Shown in pieces: positions 53,701 to 64,000 of a stretch of DNA of 64,000 nucleotides. Source of the DNA: Eledone cirrhosa (Eukaryota); the NCBI GenBank assembly GCA_964016885.1, contig OZ024743.1, positions 6,014,001 through 6,078,000 on the forward strand, written 5' to 3'. Each line of letters starts with the position of its first letter. Positions within the stretch are counted from its first letter, which is position 1. Made by a program: the position numbers and the translations under genes. A model generated the notes under the pieces. The model saw nothing but the letters and a program-made list of their open reading frames with translations, did no database searches and had not been told where the DNA came from.

Positions 53701-56700
53701 CACACCATCACACCATCTCACCATCACGCCATTACACCATCTCACCATCACACCATCTCACCATCACACCATCACACCATCTCACCATCACACCATCACA
53801 CCATCTCACCATCACACCATCTCACCATCTCACCATCACACCATTACACCATCTCACCATCACACCATCTCACCATCTCACCATCACACCATCTCACCAT
53901 CACACCATCATACCATCACACCATCATACCATCACACCATCACACCATCTCACCATCACACCATCACACCATCTCACCATCACGCCATTACACCATCTCA
54001 CCATCACACCATCTCACCATCACACCATCACACCATCACACCATCTCACCATCAGACCATCACACCATCTCACCATCACACCATCTCACCATCACACCAG
54101 CAGACCATCTCACTATCTCACCATCTCACCATTACACCATCTCACCATCACACCATCACACCATCACACCATCTCACCATCACACCATCACACCATCTCA
54201 CCATCACACCATCACTCCATCTCACCATCACATCATCCCACCATCTCACCATCACATCATCTCACCATCACACCATCTCACCATCACACCATCTCACCAT
54301 CTCACCATCACACCATCTCACCATCACACCATCTCACCATCTCACCATCACACCATCACACCATCTCACCATCTCACCATCACACCATCTCACCATTACA
54401 CCATCTCACCATCACATCATCTCACCATCACACCATCACACCATCTCACCATCACATCATCTCATCATCACACCATCTCACCATCACATCATCTCACCAT
54501 CACACCATCTCACCATCACACCATCTCACCATCTCACCATAACGCCATCACACCATCTCACCATCACACCATCTCACCATCTCACCATCACGCCATCACA
54601 CCATCTCACCATCACACCATCACACCATCTCACCATCACATCATCTCACCATCACACCATCTCACCATCACACCATCTCACCATCACACCATCTCACCAT
54701 CACACCATCTCACCATCACACTATCTCACCATCACACCATCTCACCATCACACCATCTCACCATCACACCATCTCACCATCACACCATCACACCATCACA
54801 CCATCTCACCATCACACAATTACACCATATCACCATCTCACCATTACACCATCACACCTTCACACCATCTCACCATCACACCATCACACCATCACACCAT
54901 CTCACCATCTTACCATCACACCATCTCACCATCACACCATCTCACCATCACACCATCACACCATCTCACCATCACACCATCTCACCATCACACCATCGCA
55001 CCATCTCACCATTACACCATCTCACCATCACACCATCTCACCATCTCACCATCTCACCATTACACCATCTCACCATCTCACCATCACACCATCACACCAT
55101 CTCACCATCACACCATCACACCATCTCACCATCACACCATCTCACCATCACACCATCACACCATCACACCATCTCACCATCACACCATCTCACCATCTGA
55201 CCATCTCACCATCACACCATCACACCATCTCACCATCACACCATCTCACCATCTCACCATCACACCATCTCACCATTACACCATCTCACCATCAAATCAT
55301 CTCACCATCACACCATCACACCATCACACCATCACACCATCTCACCATCACATCATCTCACCATCACACCATCTCACCATCACATCATCTCACCATCACA
55401 CCATCTCACCATCACACCATCTCACCATCTCACCATCACGCCATCACACCATCACACCATCACACCATCTCACCATCACGCCATCACACCATCTCACCAT
55501 CTCACCATCACACCATCACACCATCTCACCATCACATCATCTCACCATCACACCATCTCACCATTACACCATCACACCTTCACACCATCTCACCATCACA
55601 CCATCACACCATCACACCATCTCACCATCTCACCATCACACCATCTCACCATCACACCATCTCACCATCACACCATCTCACCATCACACCATCTCACCAT
55701 CACACCATCGCACCATCTCACCATTACACCATCTCACCATCACACCATCACACCATCTCACCATCTCACCATCTCACCATCTCACCATCACACCATTACA
55801 CCATCTCACCATCACACCATCTCACCATCTCACCATCACACCATCACACCATCTCACCATCTCACCATTACACCATCTCACCATCTGACCATCACACCAT
55901 CCCACCATCTCACCATCACACCATCTCACCATCTGACCATCTCACCATCACACCATCACACCATCTCACCATCTCACTATCTCACCATTACACCATCTCA
56001 CCATCTCACCATCTCACCATTACACCATCTCACCATCTGACCATCACACCATCACACCATCACACCATCTCACCATCTGACCATCTCACCATCACACCAT
56101 CACACCATCACACCATCTCACCATTACACCATCTCACCATCTGACCATCACACCATCACACCATCTCACCATCACACCATCACACCATCTCACCATCACA
56201 CCATCACACCATCTCACCATCTCACCATCACACCATCTCACCATCACACCATCACACCATCTCACCATCACACCATCACACCATCTCACCATCACACCAT
56301 CTCACCATCTCACCATCACACCATCTCACCATTACACCATCTCACCATCTCACCATCTCACCATCACACCATCTCACCATCACACCATCACACCATCTCA
56401 CCATCACACCATCTCACCATCTCACCATCTCACCATCTCACCATCACACCATCTCACCATTACACCATCTCACCATCACACCATCACACCATTACACCAT
56501 CTCACCATCACACCATCTCACCATCACACCATCTCACCATCTCACCATCATACCATCACACCATCTCACCATTACACCATCTCACCATCTCACCATCTCA
56601 CCATCACACCATCACACCATCTCACCATTACACCATCTCACCATCTCACCATCTCACCATCACATCATCTCATCATCACACCATCTCACCATCACACCAT

Positions 56701-56836
56701 CTCACCATCACACCATCTCACCATCTCACCATCTCACCATCACACCATCACTCCATCTCACCATTACACCATCTCACCATCTCACCATTACACCATCTCA
56801 CCATCACACCATCTCACCATTACACCATCTCACCAT
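50791..56836. repeat. About 6-kb octamer satellite, units CACCATCT / CACCATCA / CACCATTA (roughly 750 units)
   Basis: 8-bp phase visible throughout; the + strand is almost free of G. Confidence 0.98.
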
Positions 56837-56974
56837 GACACTATCACCTCTCTTTTAGATGAACAGAATAAATCAGAAGTGTTGTGGTCGTTTCTATTGT
56901 TGATGTTTAGCCTTCAAGCCTGATAAAGTAGACGCATCGCCGAAAGCATTCCATTCAAAGCCATTGATCTTTTA

Positions 56975-57200
56975 GAGTCGTCGGACACTATGCTTTGCAA
57001 CATAGAGTTATGGCCCTTTACGTTCTGAGTTCAAATCCTACCAAGGTTAGCTTTGCCTTTCATCCTTACGGGGTCGATAAAATAAAGTACTGGTAATTCA
57101 CTGGGGTTGATAAAATAAAGCACCAGTAATGCACTGGGGTCGATTTAATCGACTTTCCCCTTTCTCCAAATTGCTGACCGTGTGCCTAAATCAGAATCTA
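56975..57200 (+). mobile_element. SINE family A copy with internal duplication
   Basis: Family A core; the gggtcgataaaataaag...cactgggg block is duplicated. Confidence 0.85.
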
Positions 57201-57815
57201 ATTTGTTCTTTCCTTATTTAAGAATAGAGGCTGTGAGTTTAGGTGGGGGTTTAGCTGATAATTCTAGCAAGTCGATCGAATCGGTAGGGTCTATCTATTT
57301 ATGATGGTGGTCATGATGATGATGGTAAAATATATTTGATTACAACTTGCAACAAGTAAGGTAATCAATGACAACCATGATATAACAACTGATAAATATA
57401 TTTGTCTTGATCAGTTGATGAACGTGAACTACTTCCTTATAGAGGAAGTAAAACGATGAATTCAAGCAGGATGATGTGGTTTTAGTAAATAAGTAACTTC
57501 ACAAGAAGTAAGATATCACTATGCCTAAAGCAGATATATGATAGATGATACCTCTTCCCACAAAAACAACAACAACACGGAACAGAAACTAAGAACAAGA
57601 CAAATACAAGTATGGAAATGCCTTTGTTAGGAATCACTAAACAGGAAAGAAAAACTTGTCGATAAGAGAGCAAACAATAGTACATTAAAAATATTAAGAA
57701 TAGAAAATCGAAGTGACCAGGGCATATGGCGTGAACAAATCACAATATACAATGTGTTTAACATATACGCACATATACATACATACATACATACATACAT
57801 ACATACATACATACA

Positions 57816-57847
<32 letters not shown>

Positions 57848-58250
57848 CGATGGCTGCAAACTCTGCTAAGAGTATTGCAATCGCTTGTCAGATTATAGAG
57901 TTTGGTGCACTTTTAGGCTACACCCAGCCACACGAATATAACATATCCTAAACAAGCAATGCCTGTGCTTTGAAACTTTTTAAGTGGGGAAAAGCCTTGC
58001 ACTCGACCAATCCCACTCTCTGAGCATCGAAAACACTACTCGAAAAGGAGAACTGGTCAACATCATTGCATTTGAATGAGCATGCAGAGTAGACAACATA
58101 ACTATAGTCTGACCGCAGCTGTGTCTAGACATTAACCGGCAATTGAGATACTAAAAAGGGAAAAACCCGCAGTCAACTGGGTCAAGGACACTTTAAGCGC
58201 AGCCAGTTAGAATCTTATCTTTCCTTCACCGATAACAATGTATTTCATGT

Positions 58251-58511
58251 CTAGGACCACATACAACACATAATCAGGTAATGCATACATCTAGGCCACA
58301 TACAACACATAATCAGGTAATACGTACATCTGGGACTACCTACAACACATAAGGAGGTAATACACACATCTAGGACCACATACAACTCACAAGCAGGTAA
58401 TACATACAGCTGGGACCACATGCAATACATAAGCAGGTAATACATACATCTAGGACTACCTACAACACACAGGCAGGTAATACATACATCTAGGACCACA
58501 TACAACACACA
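58251..58511. repeat. 40-bp minisatellite, about 6.5 copies
   Basis: Unit ctaggaccacatacaacacataatcaggtaatacatacat. Confidence 0.92.
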
Positions 58512-58513
58512 TT

Positions 58514-59563
58514 GTGTCATGTGCTACGGACGACGCTAGAGCAATGGTCGGCAAACAGAAGGGTTTTGTCACTCTTCTGAAGAGAGAAAATCTATCTGCA
58601 TTTGCTGTTCATTGTGTCATTCATCGACAACACTTGGCTGTGAAGAAACTCAGCAAGCCGCTGAGCAAGTCCTTGCAGGTAGCCATTGATGTCATCAATT
58701 TTATCAAACGGCATTCCCTCAATGAATGAATTTTCCGGCAACTGTGTCAAGATAATGACGAAGAATTCGTCAAGTTGCTCCTTCATACTGAAGTGAGGTG
58801 ACTTTCAAAGGGTAAGTGCCTTACTCACTTCGATTCCATCATTGAGTTTCTGCGAGGACGCAACACAGAACTGTACAAGAAAACCCTCGATGTGAGGCAA
58901 GACTGCGCCTACCTCACCGACATCTTCGACAAATACAATAGCGTCATTTTGGCTTTGCAGGGGAAGAAGATTACCTTGCTTAAAGCAAGGAATGCTGTGA
59001 AAACATTCCTGGCCAAATTGAATGTCATCGAAAGGAATCTTTGTTGGCGGGAATTCTATAATTTTCCTAGTGTCGCCAATGTTCAAAACTTTGTAAGCGA
59101 TGACCAACTCCAAATTTATACCACTCACCTCCGTGCACTACAAGACAACATAAGAGAACGGTTTGTCGACCTTTTGCCGATGGACATCTCAATGTGGATA
59201 GCAGATCCCTTCATAGCTAATGTCGACAATTTGGACGTTAAATTTCAGGAAGAATTCATTGAACTTCAAGCAGATGACATGATCAAAATTAGATTTCCCA
59301 AAATAGGTGAACCACTTTTTGGGATGTAAGAGGAAATTCAGCGTTGATTTCCACACCTACATGCAGAGGCTAAGAGATTTGCTCTGCCTTTTCCAAGCTC
59401 ATACTTAGTCGAGAGGAGGTTTGGTGCTGTTTCCAGACTGCACAGTAAGTCTCGCAACCGCTACAATGTAATTACACGTGGAGATCTCTGGTTACATCTT
59501 AGGAAAATTCAGCCTCACGTCAAAGAGTTAGCTAGACTCCATGAAGCTCAAGGGTCCCATTGA
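58514..59563 (+). pseudogene. hAT (Charlie/Buster-type) transposase relic, C-terminal two-thirds
   Basis: CATDDARAMVG, HCVIHRQHL, LLLHTEVR*LSKG, AYLTDIF, FPSSYLVERRF; in-frame stops and a frameshift. A TIR-like end lies near 60220. Confidence 0.9.
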
Positions 59564-60483
59564 AATGAGGTCAAAGTTAAAGTAAGTTGATTTATCCGAA
59601 AACTTGGATATGCTATTGTTACAAAGCAAACTAAAAATTTTTTTAATTGTAGTTGCAGTCTGACTGGACTGGAAACCATCTACTACAATTCACTTACTCA
59701 TTTGTTGCATATATTTTACCATTTACTATTAAATATACCCTCCCGCGTGGTCATGAAAACCCTCTTCCGTGGTCTCTAAGCTCATAAAGTAGAAGTGACA
59801 TCAAGTTAGATATCAACATTTATTCTGTCCGTTTCATTAAAGGGAAAATTGGAAAGCTTTGAAATGATATAATTGCCACTTTCTTCCAGGTAAGAGCACA
59901 CTTGGGATAGGCAGAGTTGCTCTTGTTCAAAATAGCTGGTATCGTCTGGTGGGAATATAACAAATTCAACTGGTCCTTATTCATTAAAAAAAAACATTTA
60001 TGTTCCTTATTTTTGAAATTTATATATTTCCTTTCAAGGAATGTATTTATACTCTCAGCTGCCTGCAATGGTATCTTTGGAATATTGTTAATCAATTTTT
60101 TAGTAATCTACTGATATCAAAATCAGTAGTATATTTAAAAATGGAAAAATAGGGTAGGGGGCATTTCGTGATTTCGAGGGACAAAAGGAGGCGTTTGGCC
60201 TAAATGGGTTGAGAGCCTGTGGTTTAGTAGATGTCTGGTACCATATGACAAAGGCTGTCTATGTAGATCTTAGGCTTCTTCCACTTTTTTATTCTTATGG
60301 TCAATATCATTGTTTCTATGAAAGCTTCCAAATGATATCATAGAGGAAATTCACTCTTCCGAATTTTAACATCTATGTGGTGAATTTCCTCTATAAACCA
60401 GTCAAGTACTTTAAATGTTGATATCCATACTGGTACTGTAAATATATTGTTTGATTTTTTTTATTGTAATAAGAAAGCTCCGG

Positions 60484-60564
<81 letters not shown>

Positions 60565-60600
60565 AAGAACACAAGAGCGTCTACAACATCAAAAGATTTT

Positions 60601-60656
60601 TTATTGGCTTACAATGTTTCTTCCTTACGTAACCGTAGGATTCGCCAGAGCTATAA
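60601..60656 (-). ncRNA. Degenerate type I hammerhead motif (core CTGGCGA)
   Basis: Minus strand: ttatagct-CTGGCGA-atcctacg-gtta-cgtaaggaa-GAAA-catt-GTA-agccaataa. Confidence 0.55.
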
Positions 60657-61868
60657 AAGGGGTTTGATTGGTGTTATGGACTCTACCAACCAAACATTCA
60701 AGAACAAAGAGTAAAGAGAGTAAAGAGCAAAAGTAGGGGACGATAAGTCTAATTTTGGAGGGTGGGGTGTGGGTCCTTGTTTACTAGCTGCGGTCATATT
60801 CATTCCCGGGAGTCGGGTGGTTAGCTGAACCATAGATGGGGTGGCGTCGATAGTATGGTGCAGAGGGTGCGCAGAGGCTACACAAACACAAAGGGCATAC
60901 AATATATATATATATATATAGCGGAGGAGAAAGTATATGAGGTAATTAGAAATGGAAAAAGAGTAATAATAATAATCTATAATTAATAGTGTATAATAAG
61001 GCATGGGGAAGATTACACTATAATAAGGTATAAAAGTAAGAATAAGGTAAAATATAAAGGAGGATAAAAGTGGAAATAATAAAGATAAAAAAATAATAAA
61101 AAAATAATAAAGATAAAAAAATATATAGAGAATATATAAAGAAATATAAGCGAATATTTGGAGGGGAAAACACAATGTAAAAAAACCGATTTTTTCAAAT
61201 AATAATAAAAAATATAATAATTATGGGGGGAGAAAACGGGATAGAGAAATATGATCAAGTGTGATTAGTTGAGAGAATATAAGATGATAATAGTTATGTC
61301 AAGTTTATACATCTTAATAATAAATAATCTGTGTATCAGAGTTGCAGAACCTTCAATTCACTTACAGGTTCAAGCCACGTGGCATGGTCCATTGTTTATT
61401 TGTGCGGTCATGTGCGTTTGTTTTTGACACCACAGCAGATGCACAAGTTCGTAAATTCCAATGCAGATAGAACTCTATTTTTGCTCACCCGGACATTGAC
61501 GGAGGATCCAATATTCCTAGTTCAATATGTGTTTGGTGTTATTTTGGTCGCACAAATCAATCACTTGGTTCAATATTATGGAGTATGGTTTTCTGGTCTT
61601 CGTAACAGTGTCAGTGGTTGTATATCTGGAAATCACAAGGATCACAGTACTCCGGTTTGGTGTGATTATCGGTCATCCAGCTATGTTGTTGGTGGTTGGA
61701 TTCAATTCTATTCGCCCGAACGTTGAACTTTGGTGTCGATAGGACATTAACGAGGCAGGGTGAGATCGCATCTGTGGTACAAAACGGTACGCAAGGAAAT
61801 TCTTCGTCTTCGTTTCATCCGGGTCCAGCAGTCACGTGCAAGAACCGCTACGTAGTAATTGTGGGGTT

Positions 61869-62186
61869 AATCGGTCAAGTCAGCAACTGACCGAAAATTC
61901 AGGCAGGCATGACAGGCACGTTTAGGTCGGCAGCTTCTTTATGTGTACGTGTGTCCGACACACACAGACACATATTTATATGTATTTCAACTCAAAAGAC
62001 TCAAATGATTCACCCACTGGTACTACAATCGGTCAAGACAGCAACTGGCCGACAATTCCCTTAGGAATTCAGACAGGCATGACAGGTATATTTAGGTCAA
62101 CAGCTTCTTTATGTGTACGTGTGTCCGATACACACAGACACATATCCATATGTATTTCAACACAAAAAATTCAGTTGATTCCCCTA
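61869..62186. repeat. Diverged direct duplication of about 160-170 bp
   Basis: aatcggtcaag...cagcttctttatgtgtacgtgtgtccga...tgtatttcaac occurs twice. Confidence 0.88.
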
Positions 62187-62887
62187 TTGATATTATATCT
62201 GTGTTGCTCGGATATGCATGTTGTGGTGTTCTGGTCGTGCATAGCATTCACTGTGTTTTGCCATTACCTTGGAATGTGATGTTATGGTCATCAATAGGCC
62301 GGCAAGCGCATTTCGCTCTTATATTGCGGAGAATGGTGTTCTGGTCCTCAGTAAACATTTGGGTCAGCAGGAGGGGTGGTGGTTCTCAGTTTCAACTTCG
62401 ACAATACATATGTGTTACTCTGCATATCGTGCTCCTCTCAGAGAAGAGTATTATAGGAGGAATTCGTGCCACACACCACATATAGAGAGAATTTCTACAG
62501 AAAAGTATACATACATATACACATACATACACACATCATACACTTACACATACACACTCATACGCATACATACATATATTCACATACATGTCACATATAC
62601 ACATACACACAATATAATACGCATGCATACAATATACATATATATATATATAATACAATATACATGCATACAATGCACGCACACATGCGTGCATGCACAC
62701 CCACACATATGTCTGCGTGTGTGTGCGTGTGAGAGATAAAAGGAGAATACACACACACACACACGCAAAAACACCAACCTTGTAGGGGACTGTACCACCC
62801 TTAGGGTACCTATCTATCTGGGTTACGGGTTGGGGGAAAAGGGGGGAAGCTATAGTCTAGGTGGGGGTTGCGTGATATATGTTACGT

Positions 62888-63970
62888 CTATGTGCTAGGT
62901 TTAAAATAGAAGAAGGAACTCACCATTTTGTGTTGGCAAGAGGAGAAAATTTCCGATTTCCTGTTAAGCAGGTTCAGTTTAGAGTGTATTATGGCATGGC
63001 ATTCCAGTAAACACAGGTCACAACTTCCGCTCTGCGGTCGGTATGGCGTGGATCTAGTAAGCTTCCTCCAAAAAAGTTTGTATGGGGTACTATTATTTTT
63101 TAAGAAGGAGATGTATCCCGCCAGTGAGGTGGCATTCTTATGTCTGTCGTGTCTAAATGTGTACATATGCGCGTTAAATCTAGTTTTAAATGTATTGGAC
63201 GTTGCTCCTATATATGTTTTGGTAGAGTTGTGTGTGGTTACGTCACATGCATATACTATGTTTTTCATGAGGCAATCCCCCCTTAGGGGACAGTTACTAC
63301 TCCGCCTACAATTGCAACTGCGGGTTCGATTAGTTAGCTTACCTCCCGAAGTTTGGTTATCACTAGGTGCCTCTATATCATTAGATGGCTCATTGATGCT
63401 ATTATGTTGCCCATTTTCCAGTGTAGTCGGTTGCTGGTGGTTAACTGCCATTTTAATTGCTTCGAAGCCTTCCTTAGTTTTCCTAATGTTCGTGCGTGCT
63501 AGGTGTGATGCGAGGTTAGGTGTGGTCGAATAGGATAATTTAATTACGTTTTTGTTAATTATGTTGCGATATCTATTGCCTGGTGGGAAGTTTTTTTCCA
63601 ATAATGAGAAGAATACTCTGGGGAGGTTAGTGAGGACCTCAGAGTTAAAAGGTGGGTTAAAATACATGTTTTTCCTTCTTCTATTTTTCTTATCTGTGGG
63701 GTGAGTCTCGCTACTGTGCGTACTATTTTGTAGGGTTCCGTTATTAACGTTAGTGGCGTTGTCTGTTTTGCTTAAGCCCGGATGGTTTATATTCATGGCG
63801 TGATCATTTACTGTTTTAGAGTTGTGGTGGGGGACTCTAGTATTGTCTTTACGTGGTTTACATTTAGCTAGGTTACCGCCATTAGGGTTCTTACTATTAT
63901 TCTTGCCTCTAAGTTGGTTAGGCTTTGTGGCCATACTATGTGTGATTATGTTGGTAGGTTTCACACTCAT
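62888..63970 (-). CDS. Penelope-like linker plus GIY-YIG endonuclease (C-terminal part of the element ORF)
   Basis: YFNPPFN, IKLSYS, CNCRRSSNCPLRGDCL, NIVY...TYIG, R...H, CDLCLLE; open for 360 aa. Confidence 0.88.
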   Translation of the reverse strand: MSVKPTNIITHSMATKPNQLRGKNNSKNPNGGNLAKCKPRKDNTRVPHHNSKTVNDHAMNINHPGLSKTDNATNVNNGTLQNSTHSSETHPTDKKNRRRKNMYFNPPFNSEVLTNLPRVFFSLLEKNFPPGNRYRNIINKNVIKLSYSTTPNLASHLARTNIRKTKEGFEAIKMAVNHQQPTTLENGQHNSINEPSNDIEAPSDNQTSGGKLTNRTRSCNCRRSSNCPLRGDCLMKNIVYACDVTTHNSTKTYIGATSNTFKTRFNAHMYTFRHDRHKNATSLAGYISFLKNNSTPYKLFWRKLTRSTPYRPQSGSCDLCLLECHAIIHSKLNLLNRKSEIFSSCQHKMVSSFFYFKPST

Positions 63971-64000
63971 GGTTTGAGAGTCCTTATGTATATATGATAA

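Larger units (their letters stand above)
60560..64000 (-). mobile_element. Second Penelope-like (Neptune) element with long 3' region ending at (TA)n
   Basis: GIY-YIG ORF at 62888-63970, hammerhead-like motif at 60601-60656 on the same strand, (TA)n at 60486-60560. Continuity across 60700-62880 is inferred. Confidence 0.65.

Noticed and set aside
50735-55888. His-rich proteins of 1473 and 1022 aa
   Set aside because: The frames are open only because the G-poor octamer satellite rarely forms stops. Overlapping frames give the same peptide, and there are no gene signals.
50791-56836. Telomeric or interstitial telomeric repeat
   Set aside because: The unit is an 8-mer unrelated to TTAGGG.
60651-61258. 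Hydrophobic multi-TM ORFs
   Set aside because: Product of T-rich low-complexity sequence in a Penelope 3' region; the ORFs at 31715-31981 and 34804-35070 have the same origin.

Overview
AT-rich, intron-containing animal DNA with dense microsatellites and SINEs. The SINE types and repeat landscape suggest an octopod cephalopod; this is an inference, not a database match. Host coding content: (i) a + strand single-domain astacin (M12A) metalloprotease gene. Six exons at 5389-13602 splice in frame and give the FEGDI propeptide, HELLHALGFFHEQSRPDRD zinc site and SIMHY Met-turn. A probable 16-nt microexon upstream has been amplified, with its splice sites, into a 12-copy 43-bp array. (ii) One clear exon of an unknown single-pass membrane protein (39763-40020). 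The rest is mostly mobile DNA: two Neptune-type Penelope-like elements (one with 1.2-kb inverted repeats), several short fold-back elements, a decayed Gypsy LTR retrotransposon, CR1/RTE/CRE/R4/L1-like LINE fragments, a hAT transposase relic, Helitron ends, MITEs and a 6-kb octamer satellite. Most notable: seven minimal type I hammerhead ribozyme motifs in four sequence families (one looks intact), tied to Penelope repeats and fold-back elements; the microexon array; and non-autonomous RTE derivatives that keep C2H2 zinc fingers. All calls were made by eye, so repeat boundaries are approximate.
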